A program made the position numbers and the translations under genes. Shown one piece after another: positions 8,770 to 16,848 of a DNA stretch of 25,094 bases. A model generated the notes under the pieces. It made no database searches, had not been told where the DNA came from, and worked only from the letters and a program-made list of their open reading frames with translations. The stretch is from IMG/VR virus record IMGVR_UViG_3300030330_000417, positions 1 to 25,094 of that record; one strand, given 5' to 3'. Each line of letters begins with the position of its first letter. Position 1 is the first letter of the stretch. Source of the DNA: a virus (taxonomy: Duplodnaviria > Caudoviricetes).

Positions 8770-8813
8770 AAAAAAGAAGTGGGTGGTGGATTATCTGCCA
8801 CCCACAAATCTTT
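8768..8813. terminator. Stem-loop after the coat gene; intrinsic terminator, possibly bidirectional
   Basis: GTGGGTGG(TGGA)-TTA-(TCTG)CCACCCAC at 8779-8805. Preceded by an A-tract (8768-8775), which is a U-tract on the minus strand. Only AAATCTTT follows on the plus strand. Confidence 0.7.
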
Positions 8814-8829
8814 AGAGTAGGAACTTTGT

Positions 8830-8958
8830 ATGGTTACAAAACGCAATGCAAAAAAAATTAAAAAAGTTGTAAAAAGTCTAAAGAAAGCGTCAAAGGCTCA
8901 TGCAAGCCAAGCAAAAAGCTTAAGTAAAGTAATTAAACCCAAAGGCAAGAAAAGGTAA
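8830..8958 (+). CDS. Small lysine-rich basic protein (42 aa, not in ORF track)
   Basis: AGGA SD. Translated by hand: MVTKRNAKKIKKVVKSLKKASKAHASQAKSLSKVIKPKGKKR. Fills the gap after the coat terminator. Confidence 0.75.
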   Translation: MVTKRNAKKIKKVVKSLKKASKAHASQAKSLSKVIKPKGKKR

Positions 8959-8962
8959 AATT

Positions 8963-9136
8963 ATGAAATATTATATACGTGACTTGGAAGATGGCACAGT
9001 GCAAAGGGTTGCGTTTGCAGAAGACCCTGGCAAATCAATACCACAATGGCGATTAGATGACACGCCACGAAACGCACCAGAAAAGAAAACAAAAGCAGTT
9101 AAAAAAACAACGGCAAAAAAGAAAGCTAAAAAGTAA
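8963..9136 (+). CDS. Small protein with basic tail (57 aa, not in ORF track)
   Basis: AAGGT SD. MKYYIRDLEDGTVQRVAFAEDPGKSIPQWRLDDTPRNAPEKKTKAVKKTTAKKKAKK. Its TAA overlaps the next ATG (TAATG). Confidence 0.75.
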   Translation: MKYYIRDLEDGTVQRVAFAEDPGKSIPQWRLDDTPRNAPEKKTKAVKKTTAKKKAKK

Positions 9137-9783
9137 TGGCTATTACGGATTACGCTAGTCTCAAGACCACTATTGCAGACTATCTGCATCGTAGTGATTT
9201 GTCTGATTCCATTATTGCTAATTTTATACAATTAGGTGAGGTAAGGCTAAATAGAAACTTGCGAGTTTTACAGCAAGAAGCAACTGCAACTTTAACTCTA
9301 AGTGCAGACGCTTCAAGCGTTAGTTTGCCTAGTGATTGGATAGAAACAATTGATGTAATTTACAGTGATGACAAGCGTAACATACAGCCACAAAACATAC
9401 GCAATTTAAACTCGCAACGCACGACAGATACAACTAAGGGCAGACCTCACTTGTACGCTACAACTAATGGCACAATGATTTTTGAGCTTATTGCTGACCA
9501 AACTTACAGCATTTTGTTAAATTACTTTAAAAAGTTTGACGTTGCATCCGATAGTACAAACTGGCTTTTAACTAATGCGCCAGACGCTTACTTGTACTCT
9601 GCGCTCATTGAGGCAAAAGGGTATATTAAAAACTTGCAAGATTTGTCTTTGTGGGCTGATGGCTTAACTGTGGCAATAAATGATCTCAACAGGTTGGATA
9701 ACAGGACAAGGCGTAACGCTACTATGAGGCTAGATAGTGCGCTAGTCAGAACAGGACGATTTGATATTAACAGAGGCTTCTGA
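9136..9783 (+). CDS. Head-to-tail adaptor (tail tubular protein A-like)
   Basis: MAIT.Y..LK..IADYL.RSDL, FIQLGE.RLNR.LR and TNWLL..APDAYLY.AL motifs of podovirus adaptors. Positioned after coat. Confidence 0.8.
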   Translation: MAITDYASLKTTIADYLHRSDLSDSIIANFIQLGEVRLNRNLRVLQQEATATLTLSADASSVSLPSDWIETIDVIYSDDKRNIQPQNIRNLNSQRTTDTTKGRPHLYATTNGTMIFELIADQTYSILLNYFKKFDVASDSTNWLLTNAPDAYLYSALIEAKGYIKNLQDLSLWADGLTVAINDLNRLDNRTRRNATMRLDSALVRTGRFDINRGF

Positions 9784-11288
9784 TGTTGCAATTTGGCGAG
9801 TTTTTACCAGATCAGTCTGATTATACAAATGTTGGCGCAACAGATGCCAAGAACTGCATACCATTAACTAATAAAAGCTATGCGCCCTTGCGAGATTTGT
9901 CGCCTGTTATAGATGCTTTGACAAATCGCATACAAGGTGCTGTTTCAATGCAAGAGTCAGATGGAACACAGCACACGTTCTGTGGAGACAATCAGAACTT
10001 GTTTTTATTAGGCTCAAGTGCCTTTGCTGAAATATCCAAATCAACTAACGCCTATACTTGCGCTACAGACGATCATTGGGACTTTGTGCAGTATGGAGAT
10101 AGGGCAATTGCTGTCAATGGTCACACAGACGCTCCACAAAGTTTTGTAATGGGAACATCAAGCGACTTTGCTGATCTAGGAGGTAGTCCACCACAGGCGA
10201 AGCATTGTGGCGTTGTTGGCGAGTTCGTTATGTTTGGCAACATTGACGATGCAACAGATGGAGTAGTACCGAACAGAGTTCACTGGTGTGCTATTAATGA
10301 CCCAACAGACTGGCCTACGATCGGCAGTAGTGACGCAGCACAAAAGCAAAGTGACAGGCAAGACCTCAAAAGTGGCTTGAGTGTGCAAGCTATTATAGGG
10401 GCAGTTGGTGGTGCTGATGGTGCTATATTTATGCGGAATAGTGTGTTTCGAGTGTCATACGTAGGTGCGCCTCTTGTGTTTGAGTTTAAAGAGGTGGAAA
10501 GAGGACGAGGAACTATTGCATCACAGTCTGTTGTCAATGTCGGAGCTTTTGCGTTTTATTTAGCAGAACAAGGATTTTTTGTCTTTAACGGCTCAACCTC
10601 ACAAGCGATTGGCAACCAAAAAGTTGATAAATTCTTTTTTGCTGACTTGGATTTTAACTTTATACACCGCATAACAGCAGCACAAGACCCAGTAAACAAG
10701 TTAGTTTATTGGAGTTATCCTGGTGCTGACAACATAGATGGCAGGCCAAATAAGGTCATTATATACAACTGGGAAATAGGGCGTTGGTCGTATGGCGAAA
10801 TAACGGCTGATTTAATTTTCACTGACACCTCACCTGGCTACACAATGGACAACATTGATGGTTTTGGCAACATTGACGCTATTGACACAACCTTTGATGA
10901 CAGGTTCTGGGTTGGTGGCTTGTCTTCATTGTCAGCGTTTAACAGCGCACATCGGTTGTCTACTTTTACAGGCTCTGCATTGGCTACAACCTTAACAACA
11001 ACAGAGTTTGGGGGCATGGAATTGTTTAGCAAGCCTAATGAGCGATTGTATGTTAATGGAGTTAGACCCTATGTTGATGGTGGCACAATAACAGTTGAAC
11101 TAGATTATCGTGATAGCCCTAGCGGTTCTGTAACTACAGACGGACCGAATAGCGTAGATGCTAATGGCACAGCCCACTTTACACGTTCTTGTCGTTATGC
11201 AAGGGCAACAATAAAAGTAGCAGCTGGTGGCACATGGACACACGCACAAGGTGTAGATTTAGACGTTAGTGAGGATGGCACAAGTTAG
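9783..11288 (+). CDS. Tail nozzle/head-stabilisation protein (P22 gp10 / tubular protein B-like)
   Basis: FGEFLPDQ start and repeated beta-propeller-like blades (WDFVQYGD, RVHWCAINDPTDW, FYLAEQGFFVFNG, IIYNW...RWSY). TGATG-coupled to the adaptor. Confidence 0.8.
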   Translation: MLQFGEFLPDQSDYTNVGATDAKNCIPLTNKSYAPLRDLSPVIDALTNRIQGAVSMQESDGTQHTFCGDNQNLFLLGSSAFAEISKSTNAYTCATDDHWDFVQYGDRAIAVNGHTDAPQSFVMGTSSDFADLGGSPPQAKHCGVVGEFVMFGNIDDATDGVVPNRVHWCAINDPTDWPTIGSSDAAQKQSDRQDLKSGLSVQAIIGAVGGADGAIFMRNSVFRVSYVGAPLVFEFKEVERGRGTIASQSVVNVGAFAFYLAEQGFFVFNGSTSQAIGNQKVDKFFFADLDFNFIHRITAAQDPVNKLVYWSYPGADNIDGRPNKVIIYNWEIGRWSYGEITADLIFTDTSPGYTMDNIDGFGNIDAIDTTFDDRFWVGGLSSLSAFNSAHRLSTFTGSALATTLTTTEFGGMELFSKPNERLYVNGVRPYVDGGTITVELDYRDSPSGSVTTDGPNSVDANGTAHFTRSCRYARATIKVAAGGTWTHAQGVDLDVSEDGTS

Positions 11289-11629
11289 TGACAGTAACAG
11301 AATTTAACACACCACCTAGTGACTTAGACGATCAAAAGAAACTTGCACGTTTGCAAAGTCAAAGCATTGCTGGCTTGATGTTTGGTCGTAGCAACAACGT
11401 AATAGATTTTACTGCAACAGAAAACGCTGCCACGACTACAATAACTGACTCTAGGCTAGGCGTGAATACAGCCTTGTTCTTTATGCCAACAACGGCTAAT
11501 GCAAGTGCTGAAATAGGGGCAGGCACAATTTATGTAGGTCAGTCAAACAGGGTGAATGGTTCTGTTGTAGTTACTCATGCGAACAATTCACAGACAGATA
11601 GAACGTTCAAGGTAGTAATGGTGGGATAA
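11288..11629 (+). CDS. Small putative tail component (needle/plug position)
   Basis: GTG start overlapping the previous TAG. Short helix then beta-rich domain. Occupies the P22 gp26 position; function is from synteny only. Confidence 0.55.
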   Translation: MTVTEFNTPPSDLDDQKKLARLQSQSIAGLMFGRSNNVIDFTATENAATTTITDSRLGVNTALFFMPTTANASAEIGAGTIYVGQSNRVNGSVVVTHANNSQTDRTFKVVMVG

Positions 11630-12009
11630 TGCTGGATCATGTATTAGTTCTGTTGGCACATTCGCCAACGCATCATTATTGGACGATAAAGGAAGTAGCA
11701 AAACGCATAATACCACCTGTAAATCTTAATCAAAATGTGGGCATAATAGAAGATGGTTATTTAAAGGCATGGGCAAGTTGGGGCTTCCTTTCTGAAGAAA
11801 AGAGTGATAAGTTTTTAGATGGTGAGTACGAGTTGATGCCAGAAGATTGGAGAAGCGGCAACGTTCTGGTCTTTATGGATTTTGTAGCCCCTTATGGGCA
11901 TACAAGAAAATTGTATAGAATGTGTCGCAATCTATTCCCAAAATACCCAAAAGCTGAGTGGAGGCGACACCTTAAAAACAAGAGGGTAGGAGTGGCGTTA
12001 AATGTCTAG
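11629..12009 (+). CDS. HlyC/CyaC/RtxC-family toxin-activating lysine acyltransferase (TAAT) homolog
   Basis: Colinear HlyC motifs: SPTHHYW (HlyC SPLHRNW), IIPPVNLNQ (VLPAIQANQ), AWASWGFLSEE (AYCSWANLSLE), LMPEDWRSGN (LVAEDWTSGD) and FMDFVAPYG (FIDWIAPFG). The catalytic Ser/His/Asp equivalents S12, H15 and D84 are present. Confidence 0.9.
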   Translation: MLDHVLVLLAHSPTHHYWTIKEVAKRIIPPVNLNQNVGIIEDGYLKAWASWGFLSEEKSDKFLDGEYELMPEDWRSGNVLVFMDFVAPYGHTRKLYRMCRNLFPKYPKAEWRRHLKNKRVGVALNV

Positions 12010-12769
12010 TGGTACAAGTGGTGGTGGCATGAGTGGGGATGACCCCAATGACCCAAATTCACCAACCTATGGTGGAATAGCTGCTCCTGCTTCTAGAGGA
12101 GATGACGCAGACGATCCAAGTTCACCTAATTATGGTGGAATGGCTGATCTATATGCTGCTGATGCTGCGTTGCAATTTGACGGAACTTATCCAGAAGTTA
12201 CTGAGTTGGATGATTTTGCAGAACAACTTAGACCAGCAGAATTGCAACAACCACAAACTTTCATGGATAAAGTTGTTAAAGAGGTAGAGGACAAAACAGC
12301 AGGGGAAGTACTTTTTAGTCTTGCTAATGCTTTAGCACCACCGATCATAAGTATACCTGCAATGGGTCTTAATGCTTTAGCTAATGCAATGTATGATCCA
12401 ACAAGGGCAGGAAGAGGACCAGTTGACGGATATTATACAAACATGATGCCAAGGCCCGATTATACTTTAGGTAATATGTTTGGGTTAGGGTCAAAAGGTG
12501 CATTTCCTAACAATGAAATGGATTACGAATTTGATCCAACTTATACAAGAAATGTCTTTACTGATCGTAGTGAGATATTCGATGACCCATTAGAGGGAGG
12601 AAACCAAGACCCTGACCCTTATGGAAGGCGTTATTTGTTGCCAACACCACAAACAACAGCACCTGTAGAGCCAATGGTAAACAATCCTTTGCCATTGACC
12701 CCTTATGATTACCAAAAACAAAAGTGGATGGGTAATCAGTTTATATTAGCACCTATTAGGAGAACATAG
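12002..12769 (+). CDS. Acidic Pro/Gly/Asp-rich protein, candidate internal virion/ejection protein
   Basis: Overlaps the TAAT gene by 8 nt, with AGGAG SD. Has an N-terminal 16-aa duplication and a central hydrophobic stretch (VLFSLANALAPPIISIPAMGLNALANAM). Confidence 0.55.
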   Translation: MSSGTSGGGMSGDDPNDPNSPTYGGIAAPASRGDDADDPSSPNYGGMADLYAADAALQFDGTYPEVTELDDFAEQLRPAELQQPQTFMDKVVKEVEDKTAGEVLFSLANALAPPIISIPAMGLNALANAMYDPTRAGRGPVDGYYTNMMPRPDYTLGNMFGLGSKGAFPNNEMDYEFDPTYTRNVFTDRSEIFDDPLEGGNQDPDPYGRRYLLPTPQTTAPVEPMVNNPLPLTPYDYQKQKWMGNQFILAPIRRT

Positions 12770-12771
12770 CT

Positions 12772-13608
12772 ATGAGTAGCGGTAGCAAGCCAGCCACTTA
12801 CCAGACAACTACAACAAGTGCTGCACCTTGGTCTGGACAGCAAGAATATCTTACAACTGGCTATCAAAGGGCGAGAGATGATATTTTAAACAGGCCAACA
12901 GAATTTTATCCTAATTCTACAGTCGTGCCGTTTTCGCCTGTAACAGAACAGGCATTGACAATGCAAGAGCAAAGGGCATTAGCTGGCTCACCTGTTACGC
13001 AAGCTGCTCAGTCTCAAGTTCAAAGCACAATACAAGGAGATTTTCTTAATGCTAACCCTTATTTGTCACAAGCTATTACAGACGCTACGCAGCCTGCTAT
13101 AGAGAGATTTCAAGAAGATATTGTGCCAAGCATACAATCAGCATACAGCAGTGCTGGTAGATATGGATCAGGGTTACAGCAAAGAGGCGAAGAAAGAGCA
13201 GCGCAAGCTGCTTTAGATCAAGCCTCAAAAATTGCTTCCGATATGTCATATCGTAATTTTGCTGATGAAAGAGCAAGGCAGTTGGCAGCGTCTGCATTAG
13301 CTCCAGAGATGGCAAGACAGGATTATGTAGACTTGCAAGCCTTAAAAGGAGTTGGCGTAGAGCGTGAGGGCATGGCTGGCGCACAACTACAAGAAGACAT
13401 ACAAAGGTTTGCACAGCAACAGCAAGCACCTAAAGACGCATTGTCACAGTATATGGCACTCGTTGGAGGTGGTGGTTACACAGACACAACGCAGACAACG
13501 CCTTTATATAGAAACTTAGCCGGTGATATATTAGGTGGTGCAGCAACAACGGCTGGAATAGCAGGGCAGTTATTTGGTCGTCAAGGCATCTTTCCGTATG
13601 GGGGTTAA
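12772..13608 (+). CDS. Candidate DNA ejection (internal virion) protein
   Basis: AGGAG SD. MSSGSK..TTTT..PW..Q..YL start, NPYL and SAGRYGSG motifs, Q/A-rich helices, and a Gly-rich hydrophobic C-terminus. These match the podovirus pilot/ejection protein pattern and position. Confidence 0.7.
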   Translation: MSSGSKPATYQTTTTSAAPWSGQQEYLTTGYQRARDDILNRPTEFYPNSTVVPFSPVTEQALTMQEQRALAGSPVTQAAQSQVQSTIQGDFLNANPYLSQAITDATQPAIERFQEDIVPSIQSAYSSAGRYGSGLQQRGEERAAQAALDQASKIASDMSYRNFADERARQLAASALAPEMARQDYVDLQALKGVGVEREGMAGAQLQEDIQRFAQQQQAPKDALSQYMALVGGGGYTDTTQTTPLYRNLAGDILGGAATTAGIAGQLFGRQGIFPYGG

Positions 13609-13612
13609 TTAA

Positions 13613-14809
13613 ATGATTATGAACAAAAGATTTCCTGGTTTACTTGTTACCCCTGCTGACAAGGAGCAAGCCCTTTATAGTGGATTAATGGGACTAGGCT
13701 CACAACTTGCACAAGGCTACACGAAACAGCCATCATCATTTTTGCAAAGATTAACACAAGGTGGTCAGGCATTTCAAAAAGCCTATGGTGACAAGATAGC
13801 CACAACGAAGGCAGAGCAATTGCAAAATATGCAAGCTCAATCTGCACAGGCACAATTAGAAGCGCAAATGATGAAGATAGCAGAAGCTGCAAAATTAAAG
13901 AAACTACAAGAAGACCGAGAGCAAGCAGCAATGAGATATTTTGGCTCACAAGGTCAGTACTCACCCAACATGATGGATGCTAGTGGCATTGAACAAACAA
14001 TGGACACAAGAAATGTAAGTGGCTCAATGCCTTTATCTGTATACGACAAAGTGAGAATGAATACAGGGCAATCATACGATGTGCTTAAAGATATAGACAC
14101 AAGAAGACAAAAAGAAGAAGAAGCAATTGCTAAATTTGAGCGTGACTTACTGTTGGAAAAAATAAAAAAGCAAGGGTCAAAAGGCCTAAATCTAGAAAAA
14201 ATTATGCAGCTTGAAAGAGATTTAGCAAAAGATGTACAAACTTCGTTAAAACCTCAAATAGAAAGGGTAAGAAATTATAGGGCTATCGAAGCAATATATG
14301 ATGATCCAGCTACATTAGAAGCTGCGAAAAATAAATTTGGTGGTCGTGTAGAAATAGATGGAAAAGTTTTCCAACTTACGGGGCAAGGCGCAGCAGATAT
14401 GGCCTTAATTTTTGCTTTTATGAAAATGAATGACCCAGGTTCAGTTGTTAGGGAAAGTGAATTTGATATGGCAGCAGAAACTGGAGGAACAACGCAAGCT
14501 GCTGTAAACTTTATTGGTAAAGTGTTAAAAGGTGATAGGTTAAGTAGTAAAGAAAGAAGAAAGTTATTGCGACAAGCACGAAATCAATTTAACGCAGCTA
14601 AAGAAGAAATTGACTTACGACTACAATCAGAAACTGCCAGATTTAAAGAATATGATGACCCAGGCTTAAGTGCAGAACGAGCTTTAAGATCAGTTTATAC
14701 ACCTTACACACCAAGAATTTCAGCAGATTTATTAAGGCGTAATATAACAGGAAGAGCAGGTTCTATTACAGAGGACGAGCTACCATTTGACGCCGTTAAA
14801 GTAGGTTAG
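13613..14809 (+). CDS. Candidate DNA ejection (internal virion) protein
   Basis: Helical Q/A/K-rich protein containing D.ALIFAFMK..DPGSVVRESEF, a motif I recall from podovirus DNA-transfer proteins. Position fits. Confidence 0.65.
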   Translation: MIMNKRFPGLLVTPADKEQALYSGLMGLGSQLAQGYTKQPSSFLQRLTQGGQAFQKAYGDKIATTKAEQLQNMQAQSAQAQLEAQMMKIAEAAKLKKLQEDREQAAMRYFGSQGQYSPNMMDASGIEQTMDTRNVSGSMPLSVYDKVRMNTGQSYDVLKDIDTRRQKEEEAIAKFERDLLLEKIKKQGSKGLNLEKIMQLERDLAKDVQTSLKPQIERVRNYRAIEAIYDDPATLEAAKNKFGGRVEIDGKVFQLTGQGAADMALIFAFMKMNDPGSVVRESEFDMAAETGGTTQAAVNFIGKVLKGDRLSSKERRKLLRQARNQFNAAKEEIDLRLQSETARFKEYDDPGLSAERALRSVYTPYTPRISADLLRRNITGRAGSITEDELPFDAVKVG

Positions 14810-14819
14810 GAATAAAATT

Positions 14820-16847
14820 GTGACAGACATTCTATATAGTAAAGAAAAAAACCAATACTATTTAAAAGATGCTGATGGCATTACACCTGTTGATGATGTC
14901 AAACAAACAGATAAAGGTGAATATATTGTTGATTATGGAGATGGCAATTATGTCAATCTTGAAAAAGAATATGAGCCTAGTTTCTACGATTACGCACAAC
15001 AAGTTGTAGGACAAGGCACACTTATGGGTATCGGAGACGAAATTGCAGGAACAGTAAAAGGTTTATATGAAGGATTAACAACAGATAAAAGTGTTGGAGA
15101 CGCAATAAATCAAAACATAGATGCAGAACGTGAAAGAATGGCAAAAACAGAAGCATCATTAGGTATGCCAGCAACATTAGCTTTGCAAGGTGGTGGGGGC
15201 TTGCTTACTGGTGGTTTAGGTCTTGGTAGGGCGTTAGCAAGGCAAGGGCTTTCTAAAACACAACAAGTATTACGAGGTTCGGGCATAGGTGGAGTACAGG
15301 GCGGTGTGACAGGGGCAGGAATGGCTGAAGGAAATTTGCTTGACCCAGAAGGTTTAGCAAGTCGTGGGATTGGGCTTGGCATAGGAACAGTAGGAGGAGC
15401 TATAGGGGGTGGACTTTTAACTGGGTTAGGACAACAAGTTGGAAAAGTGTTAAGCGCAACAGAACGAAAGTTGCCAGGTGGCGCAGATAGACAAACAGCA
15501 AGAGTTTTACAGCAAGTAATACCTAGAAAAGCTGTGCCTCGAATGGAAAGAGAGTTAGGAAAAATGTCTAGAGGTGTGCCTATGGACGTTGCTCCACTTG
15601 ATGCTCAAAGATTAGCAGGGGCAGCAATTAGGTCAATTGGAGGTGGTAGACAGCAAGAAATTTTAAAAGCAAGACAAAAAGGGCAAGCAAGTAGGTTTGA
15701 CAATATAATTGATAAAATTGTTTCACCTCAATCAGGTGCAGAAATGTTGGAAACATTAGCAAAAGACCGACAATTAAACGCTAACAAGCAATATTCAAAA
15801 GTCTACGAACAAGAAGTACCACTTACAAAAGAATTAAAAAATTTATACAAAACAAACGCAGTAAAAAAATCTTTTAGAATGGCTAAAATGATAGCAGATG
15901 ATGAAAACGTTAACTTGCCAAACCTTGTTACAAAAACAAAAGAAGGCGAGGCTTTTGTTAAGCCAACTGCACGGATGTTAGATTATATGAAGCAAGGGCT
16001 AGACGCTTATGTAGACGCTCAATATAGAATAAGCGGACCGTTAGGGAGAAGCGCACAAAATGTAAGAAATAGATTTAGAGATCATTTAGACGCAATAATA
16101 CCAGGATATAAGGATGCACGTTCTACCTATGCTGGATTTTCTGCAGCAATAGAAGCTCTTGAAAATGGCGTTAATTATATGAGGTCTAGCCTTGGTGATG
16201 AGCTATCAAGTATAAAAGATTTAGTAAGCAAATCTGATATAGAAAAATTAAAATTAAACGATCACGAATATCAATCGTTTCGTTCTGGAATTGCTGCTGT
16301 CTTAAAGGACAAAGTTAAAGGAAAACCTTTTGAAGCAGATGTAACAAAGATTTTTAACACGCCAAAAATATTAGAAAAATTAAATATAGCATTAGGGAAA
16401 AAAGATGCAAAAGCGTTAATAAACGAAATTCGCAAAGAAGCTAAACAAGCTCAATCTTTTGCAGAAACACAAGGTTCAGCATCGGGACAAAGAATAAGCG
16501 CACAACAAAGTTTAGAAAAACCAATGAACGTAATGGCGTTAGGTGGCGATCCTACATTGATAGCAGCTAATGCTATGGCACAAACTCTTAACAGATTAAA
16601 CCCACCACCCGAAGTAATTGCTAGAAATATATCTAGGCTAATGGCTTCACCTAAAATAGAAGACCAAATGCAAGCATTTAGGCTGTTAAAAAATAGAGAC
16701 AAATTTGAGCCTATGTTAAAAGTAGCTAATAGGGTTGTAGGCACAAAACCACGAAGTGTAATTCTTGACAGCTTGGCAGGCGGTGGAGGTTACTTAGGAG
16801 GTTACTTAGGAGGTAATGTAGGTGGACAATTAGGAACAGGACAATAA
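14820..16847 (+). CDS. Large candidate DNA ejection protein
   Basis: GTG start. GQG.LMG.GDEI.G motif, Gly-rich hydrophobic segments, and LDYMKQGLD / PGYKDARS.YA helical motifs. Last gene before the tail fibre. Confidence 0.7.
   Translation: MTDILYSKEKNQYYLKDADGITPVDDVKQTDKGEYIVDYGDGNYVNLEKEYEPSFYDYAQQVVGQGTLMGIGDEIAGTVKGLYEGLTTDKSVGDAINQNIDAERERMAKTEASLGMPATLALQGGGGLLTGGLGLGRALARQGLSKTQQVLRGSGIGGVQGGVTGAGMAEGNLLDPEGLASRGIGLGIGTVGGAIGGGLLTGLGQQVGKVLSATERKLPGGADRQTARVLQQVIPRKAVPRMERELGKMSRGVPMDVAPLDAQRLAGAAIRSIGGGRQQEILKARQKGQASRFDNIIDKIVSPQSGAEMLETLAKDRQLNANKQYSKVYEQEVPLTKELKNLYKTNAVKKSFRMAKMIADDENVNLPNLVTKTKEGEAFVKPTARMLDYMKQGLDAYVDAQYRISGPLGRSAQNVRNRFRDHLDAIIPGYKDARSTYAGFSAAIEALENGVNYMRSSLGDELSSIKDLVSKSDIEKLKLNDHEYQSFRSGIAAVLKDKVKGKPFEADVTKIFNTPKILEKLNIALGKKDAKALINEIRKEAKQAQSFAETQGSASGQRISAQQSLEKPMNVMALGGDPTLIAANAMAQTLNRLNPPPEVIARNISRLMASPKIEDQMQAFRLLKNRDKFEPMLKVANRVVGTKPRSVILDSLAGGGGYLGGYLGGNVGGQLGTGQ
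16785..16814 (+). repeat. 12-nt tandem repeat (GGAGGTTACTTA)x2 + GGAGGT
   Basis: Read directly. Encodes GGYLGGYLGG at the end of the large ejection protein. Confidence 0.9.
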
Positions 16848-16848
16848 C

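Noticed and set aside
8576-8815. Overlapping +1 ORF as a frameshifted coat extension
   Set aside because: No slippery heptamer precedes the coat stop, the A-run lies at and after the stop, and the extension would only cross the hairpin.
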